Source: Solirubrobacterales bacterium (GTDB taxonomy: Bacteria > Actinomycetota > Thermoleophilia > Solirubrobacterales > 70-9). Taken from it: a DNA stretch of 64,000 nucleotides. How positions within the stretch are numbered: position 1 is the first letter of the stretch; each line of letters begins with the position of its first letter. The notes beneath the pieces are model-generated. The model saw only the letters and a list, made by a program, of their open reading frames with translations. It ran no database searches and was not told the origin of the DNA. Made by a program: the position numbers and the translations under genes. Below are positions 16,489-25,405 of this stretch, piece after piece. The stretch spans positions 2,885-66,884 of the forward strand of contig JBEVMR010000098.1 in the NCBI GenBank assembly GCA_040508545.1, given 5' to 3'.

Positions 16489-16499
16489 GCTATGGCCCC
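16427..16499 (-). tRNA. tRNA-Ala (anticodon UGC)
   Basis: Reverse complement GGGGCCATAGCTCAGCTGGAAGAGCGCCGCCCTTGCACGGCGGAGGCCGCGGGTTCGAGTCCCGCTGGCTCCA. 73 nt, G3:U70 pair, anticodon loop CTTGCAC. Confidence 0.9.
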
Positions 16500-16542
16500 T
16501 CTGGTCGAATTGTAGGCGCGATACGGTGGCGCTATCGAAGCC

Positions 16543-17322
16543 ATGCTCACCCACATAGGCGGGCCCACCCTCCTGATCGAGGTCGGCGGCTGGCGGCTGC
16601 TGACCGATCCGACCTTCGATCCGGCTGGTGGCCGTTACAACTTCGGCTGGGGGACGGGCTCGCGCAAGCTCGCCGGCCCGGCGAGGAGCGCAGCCGACAT
16701 CGGCTCCATCGACGCGGTGCTGCTCAGCCACGACCAGCACGAGGACAACCTCGACGCCGCCGGCCGCGAGCTGCTGCCCAGTGTCGGCACCGTGATCACG
16801 ACCGTGCCGGGCGCGAAACGCCTCGGTGGCAACGCGCGGGGGCTCGAGCCCTGGGCGACGACCCGGCTCGAGGCCGAGGGGCGGCCGGCGATCGAGATCA
16901 CCGCGACGCCCTGCCGCCACGGCCCGCCGCTCAGCAGGCCGCTGGTCGGCGACGTCATCGGCTTTGCCCTTGCCTGGGAGGGTCAGGAGCACGGGGTGCT
17001 CTGGATCTCCGGCGACACCGTGCTCTACGACGGCGTCCGCGAAGTCGCCGAGCGCCTCAGCGTCGGCACCGCCCTGCTGCACCTCGGCGGCGTCCGCTTC
17101 CCCACCACCGGTCCCATCCACTACACGATGACCGCGAAGCAGGCGATCGAGCTGGTCGGCCTGCTGGAGCCCCGCGAGGCGATCCCGATCCACTACGAGG
17201 GCTGGAAGCACTTCCGCCAGGGCCGCGAGGCGATCGAGCGCGAGCTCGCTGGAGCGCCGGAGCAGGTTCGCGACCGCTTCCGCTGGCTGCCGATCGGTGA
17301 GCCCACCCAAGTCTCTGCCTGA
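16543..17322 (+). CDS. MBL-fold metallo-hydrolase
   Basis: 259 aa. Variant metal motif LLSHDQHEDNLD and later His/Asp positions typical of the beta-lactamase fold. Confidence 0.8.
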   Translation: MLTHIGGPTLLIEVGGWRLLTDPTFDPAGGRYNFGWGTGSRKLAGPARSAADIGSIDAVLLSHDQHEDNLDAAGRELLPSVGTVITTVPGAKRLGGNARGLEPWATTRLEAEGRPAIEITATPCRHGPPLSRPLVGDVIGFALAWEGQEHGVLWISGDTVLYDGVREVAERLSVGTALLHLGGVRFPTTGPIHYTMTAKQAIELVGLLEPREAIPIHYEGWKHFRQGREAIERELAGAPEQVRDRFRWLPIGEPTQVSA

Positions 17323-17342
17323 CACCCGCTATACTGAACCAG

Positions 17343-17687
17343 ATGGTTCAGTATCAACCGCAGCTCGACCAGACCCTCGGTGCCCTCGCCGACCCGACTC
17401 GCAGGCAGGTTCTCGAGCGGCTCGGCAGGGGCAGCGCCACCATCTCCGAGCTCGCGGAGCCGTTCGAGATGTCGTTGACGGGAATGAAGAAGCACGTTCG
17501 GGTACTGGAGGAGGCAGAGCTCGTGACGACCGAGAAGGTCGGCCGGGCGCGGCGCTGCAGCCTCGGCCCGAGACAGCTCGAGGACGTCACCGAGTGGATC
17601 GACGCGTACCGGCGCACGCTGGAGGAACGCTTCGACCGCCTCGGCGAGCTCCTCGAAAACCGAAAGGAGATCGGCGATGACCGATGA
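17343..17687 (+). CDS. ArsR/SmtB family transcriptional regulator
   Basis: LADPTRRQVLERLGRGSATISELAEPFEMSLTGMKKHVRVLEEAELV. Confidence 0.85.
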   Translation: MVQYQPQLDQTLGALADPTRRQVLERLGRGSATISELAEPFEMSLTGMKKHVRVLEEAELVTTEKVGRARRCSLGPRQLEDVTEWIDAYRRTLEERFDRLGELLENRKEIGDDR

Positions 17688-18168
17688 CCAGCAGAGCACG
17701 ACCAACACCTCGACCGTGACGACCCCGGCAGAGCGGGAGATCCATATCGAGCGGATCTTCGACGCGCCCCGCGAGCGGGTCTTCGCAGCCTTCACCGACC
17801 CCGAGCTGACCCCACAGTGGTGGGGGCCACGTGGCACGACCACGGTCGTCGTCGAGATGGACGTACGCCCCGGGGGGGTCTGGCGCTTCGTCAGCCAGGA
17901 CTCCGATGGCAGCGAGGTCGGCTTCCGCGGCGTCTACCGCGAGGTCGTGCCACCCGAGCGGCTGGCGCAGACGTTCGAATTCGAGGGAATGCCCGGCCAC
18001 GTCAGCCTGGAAACCGCGACCTTCGAGGATCTCGGCGACGGCCGCACCAAGGTAACGAGCGACGTCATCTTCTACACGAACGAGGAACGCGACGGCATGC
18101 TCTCCGCCGGCATGGAGAAGGGCATGAACGAATCGTTCGAGCGCCTCGACGAGCTGCTCGCCGCCTAG
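17677..18168 (+). CDS. SRPBCC (Aha1/START-like) domain protein
   Basis: 163 aa. EIHIERIFDAPRERVFAAFTDPE...WWGP is typical of the family. Forms the usual ArsR-SRPBCC pair with an 11-nt overlap. Confidence 0.8.
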   Translation: MTDDQQSTTNTSTVTTPAEREIHIERIFDAPRERVFAAFTDPELTPQWWGPRGTTTVVVEMDVRPGGVWRFVSQDSDGSEVGFRGVYREVVPPERLAQTFEFEGMPGHVSLETATFEDLGDGRTKVTSDVIFYTNEERDGMLSAGMEKGMNESFERLDELLAA

Positions 18169-18205
18169 CGCCTAGCGCTCCGCCCGGCTGGCCCAAAATC
18201 CCGGG

Positions 18206-19174
18206 TCAGCCGGCGGCGGCGGCTCGCGGCAGGTTCTGGTCGGCGTGGTAGCTGGAGCGGACCAGCGGGCCCGAGGCGACCGACTCGAAGCCCATCGCGT
18301 AGGCCTCGCGCTCGAGCGCCGCGAACTCCTCCGGGTGCCAGTAGCGATCGACCGGCAGGTGGTTCTCGGTTGGGCGCAGGTACTGGCCGACGGTCAGCAC
18401 CTGGACCTTGTGCTCGCGCAGCAGGCCGAAGGTCTCGACCATCTCCTCGAAGGACTCGCCCAGGCCCACCATCAGCCCCGACTTGGTCACGACCTCGGCG
18501 CCGCCCATCTCCTTCGCGATCTGCAGCACCCGCGCCGAGCGCAGGAACTTCGAGCCGCGCCGCGCCTTCGGGTAGAGCCGCGGAACCGTCTCGACGTTGT
18601 GGTTGAAGACGTCGGGCCGCTCATGGATCACCTTCGCCAGCGGCATCTCCTGACCGCGGAAGTCGGGCGTCAGCACCTCGACCTTGCAGCCCGGCGCCTG
18701 CATGCGGATCGAGCGGATCGTGCCGACGAAGGCGCTCGCCCCGTAGTCGGGCAGGTCGTCGCGGTCGACCGAGGTGACGACGGCGTGGCGCAGACCCATC
18801 CGCTTCACCTGGTTGGCGACGCGCAGCGGCTCGAGCGGGTCGTTCCAGCTCGGCACCCCCGTCTTCACGTTGCAGAAGCCGCAGCGGCGGGTGCAGACGT
18901 CGCCGAGGATCATGAAGGTCGCCGTGCCGCGCTCCCAGCACTCGCCGACGTTGGGGCAGTTGGCCTCCTCGCAGACGGTGTGCAGGCCCTCGCCGCCGAT
19001 CTCCGCCTTCAGCCGGCGGTAGGTCGGCCCGCCCGGCGCCGGCACCTTCAACCACGGCGGCTTGCGGGCGCGGCGGAAGGGGACGGCGCCCTCGCCGCTG
19101 GCAGCCGTGCCGCCGGGCTTGGCGCGCGAGCGGGTGACGTGGACGCGCTCGGCCTCTGCGATCGGTTCGCTCAT
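18206..19174 (-). CDS. lipA: Lipoyl synthase
   Basis: CEEANCPNVGECW and radical-SAM CTRRCGFCNV cysteine clusters. Confidence 0.95.
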   Translation of the reverse strand: MSEPIAEAERVHVTRSRAKPGGTAASGEGAVPFRRARKPPWLKVPAPGGPTYRRLKAEIGGEGLHTVCEEANCPNVGECWERGTATFMILGDVCTRRCGFCNVKTGVPSWNDPLEPLRVANQVKRMGLRHAVVTSVDRDDLPDYGASAFVGTIRSIRMQAPGCKVEVLTPDFRGQEMPLAKVIHERPDVFNHNVETVPRLYPKARRGSKFLRSARVLQIAKEMGGAEVVTKSGLMVGLGESFEEMVETFGLLREHKVQVLTVGQYLRPTENHLPVDRYWHPEEFAALEREAYAMGFESVASGPLVRSSYHADQNLPRAAAAG

Positions 19175-19905
19175 GAGACCCCGAGCCTAGCGCTGTCGAG
19201 TCCCAGGTCCGCCGGCGCTGTGGCGACGGCCGCGCGCTCGAAGATCTCGCCGTAGCGCGCCGCAACGGTGTCGGTGAAGGCGACGAGGTCCTGCTCGGCG
19301 CCCAGCTCGCGGCCGAGCGAGGTGACGCGGCAATTATCAATTCCGCAAGGGACGACCCACTCGAACGGCTGCAGGTCGTTGTTGACGTTGATCGCCAGCC
19401 CGTGGGTGGTGACGCCGCGGCTGACGTGGACGCCGATCGAGCCGATCTTGCGCGCGGCATCGGGGCCGGCTTCCGGACCCGGCGCCTCGCCCTCGGTCCA
19501 GACCCCGGTCAGGCCCTCGATCGTCTTCGCCGCGACACCGTGCTCGCCCAGCGCCTCGATCGCGACCCGCTCCAGCCGCCGCACGTACTCGTGGACGTCG
19601 TCGTCGTATGGCTTCAGCGAGACGATCGGGTAGGCGACCAGCTGCCCGGGCCCGTGGTAGGTGACGCGGCCGCCGCGATCGGTCTCGTGGACTTCGATCC
19701 CCTGCATCTCGTACCACTCGCGCTGCATCGGCAGCTCCTCCTCGCTGGAGCGCCTGCCGCGGGTGTAGACGGGCGGGTGCTCGAGCAGCAGCAGCACGTC
19801 CGGGACCTCGCCCTCCTGGCGGGCGCCCTCGAGCCAGCGCTGGGCGACCAGCGCCTCCTCATAGGGGACGATCCCGCAGCGCACGACGAGGATTTCTTCG
19901 CTCAC
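19171..19905 (-). CDS. lipB: Octanoyltransferase (lipoate-protein ligase B)
   Basis: LLLLEHPPVYTRGRRS, GGRVTYHGPGQLVAYPI, KIGSIGVHV. GTG at 19905 chosen, because the track ORF to 20109 would overlap the divergent gene. 4-nt overlap with lipA. Confidence 0.85.
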   Translation of the reverse strand: MSEEILVVRCGIVPYEEALVAQRWLEGARQEGEVPDVLLLLEHPPVYTRGRRSSEEELPMQREWYEMQGIEVHETDRGGRVTYHGPGQLVAYPIVSLKPYDDDVHEYVRRLERVAIEALGEHGVAAKTIEGLTGVWTEGEAPGPEAGPDAARKIGSIGVHVSRGVTTHGLAINVNNDLQPFEWVVPCGIDNCRVTSLGRELGAEQDLVAFTDTVAARYGEIFERAAVATAPADLGLDSARLGVS

Positions 19906-19951
19906 TCTTGAAATCGTCGCATGCCGCGGTCCTATCCTTCGGCTTTCCCTT

Positions 19952-21556
19952 ATGGACCGGTCCTCACAGCTCCTCCGCCCCGACTGGCTTCCGGCCGTCG
20001 CGCTCAGCGCTGCGCTCGCCGCCGCGATGCTCGCCTGGAACCCGCCCGTCGGCGACCTCGCCGCCCAGGTCTTCCGCACCGAGCTGTTCCAGCGCGGTGG
20101 CCTCGGCATTTGGAACGGCAGCTGGTACGGCGGCCACTACACGCTCACCTACAGCGTCCTCTTCCCGCCGCTGGCGTCTCTCTTCGGCCCGCGCTTGGTC
20201 GGGACCGTCGCGGTCGTCGCCTCCTCCTACTTCTTCGACCGCCTGGTCCGCGACCGCTGGGGAGAGGAGGCGCGCTGGGCCACCCTCTGGTTCGCCGCGG
20301 GGGTCGTGACGCTGCTGGCCGACGGCCAGCTCACCTTCGCTCTCGGCGTCGCTTTCGGGCTCGCCGCCCTACGCTGCCTGCAGCTGGGGCGGGCGCCGCT
20401 GGCGTTCGCTGCGGCCACGGCCTGCGCCCTCTCCAGCCCCGTCGCCGCAGTCTTCCTCGCTGGTGTGCTGCTCGCCTCGGTGCGGCGCAGTGACGTGATC
20501 GCCGTCTGGGTCGCCGCCGTCGCGCTCGCCCTCACCCTGATCCCCAACCTGGTTTTCCCCGGCGCCGGCGAGTTCCCCTTCGCCTTCTCCTCCTACATCG
20601 CGATCCCGCTCTGGTGCGGCTCGGCGCTCTACATCACCCGTGGCCTCGGCGGCGAGGAGCGGCAGCTGCGCCGTGTCCTTTTCGCCTACCTGCTCGCGGC
20701 AACCTTGATCTTGCTCGTCCCGAACGCGGTGGGGGGCAACGCGGTGCGGCTCGGCGCCCTCTTCGGTGGCCCCGTGCTCGCCGCGGTGGTGCTGGCCCGC
20801 CGCCCCCGCGTCCCCGTCTCGTTCCTCGTCCTCTTCATGGCCGGCGGCCTCTACTGGCAGCTGACCGCCAGCGTCAGCCAGATCGCCCGCAGCGTCGGCG
20901 ATCCCTCGACCACCTCGGAGTATTTCGCCCCCGTCGCCGGCTGGCTGCGCGACCACGGCGGCGACGCCGCTCGGATCGAGGTGCCGCCGACCGCGAACCA
21001 CTGGGAGTCGGCCTACCTGGCGCCCGACTTCGAACTGGCCCGTGGCTGGCTGCGCCAGCTGGACACGACGCGGGACGGCATCTTCTACCGCGACGAGGGC
21101 CGGCTCACCGACCGCGCCTATCGCGCCTGGCTGCACGACAACGCGATCCGCTACGTGGCCTTGCCCGACGCGCCGCTCGATTACTCCTCGGTCGCCGAGC
21201 GGCGCTTGATCCTGAGCGAGCCGCCCTACCTGGAGCCGCGCTGGAGCGACGAGCACTGGCGCGTCTACGAGGTGCGCAACCCGGCCCCGCTGGTGCAGTC
21301 GCTCGGCGTGGGCGCGGCAGCCGTCCGCTCGGTAGGCCACAACGGCTTCTCCCTAAACGTCACCCGTCCCGGCGAGTTCCTAGTCCGCTTCGCCTTCACG
21401 CCCTACTGGTCGATAGCCCGCGGCCAGGGCTGCCTGGTCCGGCACGGCGACTGGACGCTGGCGAGAGCTAGCCAGCCGGGAGTCTTCCGCGTTGCGGCCG
21501 ACTTCTCGCTGCCGCGCGCCTGGAACGCAGTAACGGGCGCCAAGAAAACCTGTTGA
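19952..21556 (+). CDS. Polytopic integral membrane protein (possibly GT-C-like glycosyltransferase)
   Basis: 534 aa. About 9-10 hydrophobic spans in the N-terminal 300 aa, followed by a soluble C-terminal domain. The family call is weak. Confidence 0.65.
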   Translation: MDRSSQLLRPDWLPAVALSAALAAAMLAWNPPVGDLAAQVFRTELFQRGGLGIWNGSWYGGHYTLTYSVLFPPLASLFGPRLVGTVAVVASSYFFDRLVRDRWGEEARWATLWFAAGVVTLLADGQLTFALGVAFGLAALRCLQLGRAPLAFAAATACALSSPVAAVFLAGVLLASVRRSDVIAVWVAAVALALTLIPNLVFPGAGEFPFAFSSYIAIPLWCGSALYITRGLGGEERQLRRVLFAYLLAATLILLVPNAVGGNAVRLGALFGGPVLAAVVLARRPRVPVSFLVLFMAGGLYWQLTASVSQIARSVGDPSTTSEYFAPVAGWLRDHGGDAARIEVPPTANHWESAYLAPDFELARGWLRQLDTTRDGIFYRDEGRLTDRAYRAWLHDNAIRYVALPDAPLDYSSVAERRLILSEPPYLEPRWSDEHWRVYEVRNPAPLVQSLGVGAAAVRSVGHNGFSLNVTRPGEFLVRFAFTPYWSIARGQGCLVRHGDWTLARASQPGVFRVAADFSLPRAWNAVTGAKKTC

Positions 21557-21567
21557 CGCTGTTCCGG

Positions 21568-21618
21568 GAGTGTGGTTGAGGTTTGAACCGCTATGCGACC
21601 CAACCCTCAACCACACTC
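21568..21618. repeat. REP-like hairpin element, copy 1 (bidirectional terminator position)
   Basis: Perfect 14-bp stem gagtgtggttgagg / cctcaaccacactc with a 23-nt loop, filling the 64-nt convergent gap. 23 nt (21572-21594) recur exactly, in inverted orientation, at 29846-29868. Confidence 0.7.
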
Positions 21619-21620
21619 GG

Positions 21621-23075
21621 TCAGAGGGCGAGGGAAAGCGGCTCTTCGAGTAGGGCTCTGACGCGCGCCAGGAACTCGGCCGCTGGAGCGCCGTAGAGGA
21701 TGCGGTGGTCGCAGGCGAGGTCGACTTGCATCAGATGGGCGGTCGTGATCGCGCCGTCGCGGACGACCGGGCGCTCCTCGATCGCGCCGACGGCGAGGAT
21801 CGCCGCCTGCGGTGGGTTGATCACGGCCGAGAAGCCGTCGATCCCGTACATCCCCAGGTTGGAGACGGTGAAGGTGGCGCCGGAGAGCTCGGGCGGGGTG
21901 ATCTGGCCGTCGCGCACTTTGGTCGCCAGCGCCCGCGACTCCTGGGCGATCTGCCGCAGCCCCTTGCGGTCGGAGTCGAAGACGGTGGGAACGATCAGTG
22001 CGTCCTCGGCGGCGACCGCGACACCGACGTTGACCCGCGAGTAGAGCTCGAAACGTCCGTCGCGGTAGGCGCCGTTGGCGCGCGGGTGCTCGCGCAGCGC
22101 CAGCGCACACGCCTTGACCACCATGTCGTTGAAGGAGGGGATGACGTCGCCCGGCATCGCCCTGGCCTTCACTTGCGCCCGCCCCGCGACCGCCTCGCTC
22201 ATGTCGACCGTGGCCCGCAGGTAGAAGTGCGGCGCAGTCGCCTTCGACTCGGCCATGCGGCGAGCGATCACCTGTTGGGTCTTCGAGAGATCCTCGTAGG
22301 TGACCTGGCCCTTGGCGGTTTCGGCCGGGACGGCCGAGGGACCAGGCTCCTGGTCCACGGGTCCTGCCGCCGGCGAGGGGGTGTCCGACCGTGCGCTGGG
22401 TTCCTCGCCGGGCGGCGATGCGGCTCTCGCCGAGTCGGCGGGGCGAGGAACAGGATGCCGCGCCCGCTCGGACACCCCCTCCCCGACGTCACCCGCGGAA
22501 GACGCCCGCTCGACATCCGCCTTGACGATGCGACCACCAGGCCCGGAGCCCTCAAGCTTGCTCAAGTCGAGTCCCTGCTCTTTCGCGAGTCGCTTAGCGA
22601 GCGGAGAAGCTTTCGGCCTGTGCCCGTCGCCGTCAGCTGGAGCTTCCTGTGGTGCGGCGGGAGCTGCCTCCTCGGCGGTCGAAGCCCCGGACTCAGACGC
22701 TTCTCCCGCGGGTGGCGCGGTAGGGGGGACCTCCCCTGAGGAAGCTTTAGCTACCGGAGGGGGAGGTGGGTCCCCTGCCGTGACAGGACCCGCGGGCCGG
22801 GACTCCTCGGTCCCTAGCTCGTCCTCAGCTGAAGCCCCCGAACCCTCGCCGATCCGAGCAATAGGCGTGCCGATGGGAACCGTCTCACCCTCCTCGACCA
22901 GGATCTCAGTCAGCGTCCCGGCGGTGTCGGACTCATAAGCCATGTTCGCCTTGTCGGTCTCGACTTCGACCAGCTCATCCCCGACCGCAATCTCATCCCC
23001 GACAGCTTTCAGCCACTGGAGAACGGTCCCCTCCTCCATCGAGTCAGACAGTCGTGGCATGACGATGTCAGGCAT
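21621..23075 (-). CDS. Dihydrolipoamide acyltransferase, E2 component of a 2-oxo-acid dehydrogenase complex
   Basis: Lipoyl domain MPDIVMPRLSDSMEEGTVLQWLK...VETDKANM, Pro/Ala linkers, catalytic C-terminus ...DHRILYGA. ATG at 23075 follows GGAGGAA. The track ORF to 23228 is over-extended. Confidence 0.9.
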   Translation of the reverse strand: MPDIVMPRLSDSMEEGTVLQWLKAVGDEIAVGDELVEVETDKANMAYESDTAGTLTEILVEEGETVPIGTPIARIGEGSGASAEDELGTEESRPAGPVTAGDPPPPPVAKASSGEVPPTAPPAGEASESGASTAEEAAPAAPQEAPADGDGHRPKASPLAKRLAKEQGLDLSKLEGSGPGGRIVKADVERASSAGDVGEGVSERARHPVPRPADSARAASPPGEEPSARSDTPSPAAGPVDQEPGPSAVPAETAKGQVTYEDLSKTQQVIARRMAESKATAPHFYLRATVDMSEAVAGRAQVKARAMPGDVIPSFNDMVVKACALALREHPRANGAYRDGRFELYSRVNVGVAVAAEDALIVPTVFDSDRKGLRQIAQESRALATKVRDGQITPPELSGATFTVSNLGMYGIDGFSAVINPPQAAILAVGAIEERPVVRDGAITTAHLMQVDLACDHRILYGAPAAEFLARVRALLEEPLSLAL

Positions 23076-23100
23076 CGATTCCTCCCTGGACGTTGGGACG

Positions 23101-23223
23101 GAGGGTCTCGGGTGTCCCTCCGGCGAAGCGGCGTCCCCTTTTTCGCCCCACCAGCATTCCTCGGACGCCCCTCCGCGTCCCAGGCGAAAAACCCAGCAAG
23201 CCGGAGGGACACCCGAGACCCTC
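23101..23223 (-). other. 123-nt nested inverted repeat (structured intercistronic element) between the E1 beta and E2 genes
   Basis: Outer arms 23101-23124 and 23200-23223 are perfectly complementary over 24 nt. Inner pairings are tttttcgcc/ggcgaaaaa (23139-23147 with 23183-23191) and gacgc/gcgtc. Confidence 0.7.
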
Positions 23224-23237
23224 TCCAAGCGCCACGC

Positions 23238-24230
23238 TCATAGCGATCCCTCCAAAGCCGCCAGAGCCGCCTGCACGACGTGCTCCTCGTGCGGGATCGC
23301 CGCCTGCTCGAGCCGTTTCGCGTACGGCATGTGCACGTCAGCCCCGGTCACCCGCTGCACCGGCGCGTCGAGGTAATCGAAGGCCTGCTCGGTGATCAGC
23401 GTCGCCAGGTTGGCGCCGACGCCGCCGTGGGGCCAGCCCTCCTCGACGATCACGGCCCGGTTGGTCTTGCGCACCGACTCGACGATCGTGTCGAGGTCGA
23501 GCGGGCGCAGGGTGCGCGGGTCGATCACCTCAGCCTCGACGCCGTGCTCGTGCGCCAGCGTCCGCGCCGCCTCCTCGGCAACGTGGGCCATCTTGAGGAT
23601 GCCGACGATCGTCACGTCGCCGCCCTCGCGCCGCACCGCGGCTTCGCCGAAGCGCAGCTCATCGCCGTCGCCGTTCTCGGCGACCTCGCCGCGCATCCCG
23701 TAGAGGCTCTCGTGCTCGATGAAGATCACCGGGTTCTCGTCGCGGATCGCCGCCTTCAGCAGCGCCTTACCGTCGGCCGGCGTCGAGGGGCAGGCGACAA
23801 GCAGCCCTGGCACCTGCAGGTAGAGCGCCTCGAAGCTGTGCGAGTGGGTGGGTCCGAGCTGGTGGCCGCCGCCGCCGGGCATGCGGACCACCAGCGGCAC
23901 CCGTGCATGACCGTTGAACATGTAGGGGATCGCGGCGGCGTGGTTGACGATCTGGTCCAGCGCCAGCAGCGAGAAGTTCACCGTCATCAGCTCGACCACC
24001 GGCCGCAGCCCCCCCATCGCCGCGCCGACCCCGGCGCCGACGATCGTGTTCTCGGAGATCGGAGTGTCGCGGACGCGCCGCTCGCCGAACTCGTCCAGCA
24101 GCCCCTCGGTCACCTTGAAGGCGCCCTGGAAGACGCCGACGTCCTCGCCCATCACGAAGACGGCCTCGTCGCGGCGCATCTCCTCGGCCATCGCGTCGCG
24201 CAGGGCCTCCCGCATCCGCAGCGTCGCCAT
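23238..24230 (-). CDS. 2-oxo-acid dehydrogenase E1 component, beta subunit
   Basis: 330 aa, transketolase-like. EFGERRVRDTPISENTIVGAGVGAAMGGLRPV. Confidence 0.95.
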   Translation of the reverse strand: MATLRMREALRDAMAEEMRRDEAVFVMGEDVGVFQGAFKVTEGLLDEFGERRVRDTPISENTIVGAGVGAAMGGLRPVVELMTVNFSLLALDQIVNHAAAIPYMFNGHARVPLVVRMPGGGGHQLGPTHSHSFEALYLQVPGLLVACPSTPADGKALLKAAIRDENPVIFIEHESLYGMRGEVAENGDGDELRFGEAAVRREGGDVTIVGILKMAHVAEEAARTLAHEHGVEAEVIDPRTLRPLDLDTIVESVRKTNRAVIVEEGWPHGGVGANLATLITEQAFDYLDAPVQRVTGADVHMPYAKRLEQAAIPHEEHVVQAALAALEGSL

Positions 24231-25396
24231 CAGTCGGCCACCTCCGGCTCGACTCCCTCCTGGGCATCGCCCTGGACAGCTGGATTCGGCCGCGGCCCAT
24301 CCGGCTGCCCCGCGTAAGCGGCGCCTGCCTCGGCAAGCTCGCGCGCAGCATCGGGCATGTGCTCCTCGTCCTCGCCCCGGTGCGGCTCGGGGCTGCGCTC
24401 GTCGACCGCGTACCAGGCCTCCCCCTGCTCAACCACATAGAGGTTCTCGTAGAGGCTGTCGAGCGCCGGTTCAGGTGAGGCATCGGCGAACTCGACTGCC
24501 TCCTTCACCGCCGCCTCGGCCTTGTCACGGACCTCCTGCACCTCGCGCTCGCCCAGCACGCCGGCCTCGACGCAGCGCTGCGCGAAGGCCTCGATCGGGT
24601 CTTTCTGGCGCCACTCCTCGACCTCCTCGCGCTCGCGGTAGACCTCTGGGTCGGCGGCGGAGTGGCCGCGGTAGCGATAGGTGAAGGCCTCGAGCAGGGT
24701 TGGCCGGCGCTCCTCGCGCGCCTGGCGGATTCCCTCGGCGACGGCCTCGCGAACGGCGATCACGTCCATCCCGTCGATCCGCTCGCCGCTGATGCCGTAG
24801 CCCTCTGCCTTCTTGGAGAGATCGGTCTGGGCCGAGTGCCGCTCGACCGAGGTGCCCATCCCGTAGAGGTTGTTCTCGACCAGGAAGAAGACCGGCAGCT
24901 GCCAGAGCGCTGCCAGGTTCATCGTCTCGCCGAAGTTGCCGGTGTTGGAGGCGCCGTCGCCGAACATGCACACAGTGACCGCGTCCTCCCCCTTGTACTC
25001 GGAGGAGAGGGCGAGCCCGGCCGCTATCGGCAGGTTGCCGCCGACCACCCCGTAGCCGCCCATGAAGCGGCGCTCGCGATCGAAGATGTGCATCGAGCCG
25101 CCGCGGCCGCCGCTGGTCCCCTCGACCCGGCCGAAGAGCTCGGCCATCACCCGCTTCGGCTCGGTGCCTCGGGCGATCGCGTGGCCGTGGGTGCGGTAGG
25201 TGCCGATCAGGTAGTCCTCGTCGCGCATCACCGAGGTGGTGCCGACGATCGTCGCCTCCTCGCCGATCGCCAGGTGGAGGAAGCCGCCGGCTTTGGCGCG
25301 CTGGTACTGGCGGCCCGCCTCCTCCTCGAAGCGGCGGATCAGGGCCATCCGGGCGAGCAGCGCGTAACAGGTGCCGGCGTCGGGGAGATCTGCCAC
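24230..25396 (-). CDS. 2-oxo-acid dehydrogenase E1 component, alpha subunit (TPP-binding)
   Basis: 388 aa with TPP motif GDGASNTGNFGETMNLA. 1-nt overlap with the beta subunit gene. Acidic C-terminal tail. Confidence 0.95.
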   Translation of the reverse strand: MADLPDAGTCYALLARMALIRRFEEEAGRQYQRAKAGGFLHLAIGEEATIVGTTSVMRDEDYLIGTYRTHGHAIARGTEPKRVMAELFGRVEGTSGGRGGSMHIFDRERRFMGGYGVVGGNLPIAAGLALSSEYKGEDAVTVCMFGDGASNTGNFGETMNLAALWQLPVFFLVENNLYGMGTSVERHSAQTDLSKKAEGYGISGERIDGMDVIAVREAVAEGIRQAREERRPTLLEAFTYRYRGHSAADPEVYREREEVEEWRQKDPIEAFAQRCVEAGVLGEREVQEVRDKAEAAVKEAVEFADASPEPALDSLYENLYVVEQGEAWYAVDERSPEPHRGEDEEHMPDAARELAEAGAAYAGQPDGPRPNPAVQGDAQEGVEPEVAD

Positions 25397-25405
25397 TCCC
25401 TGACC

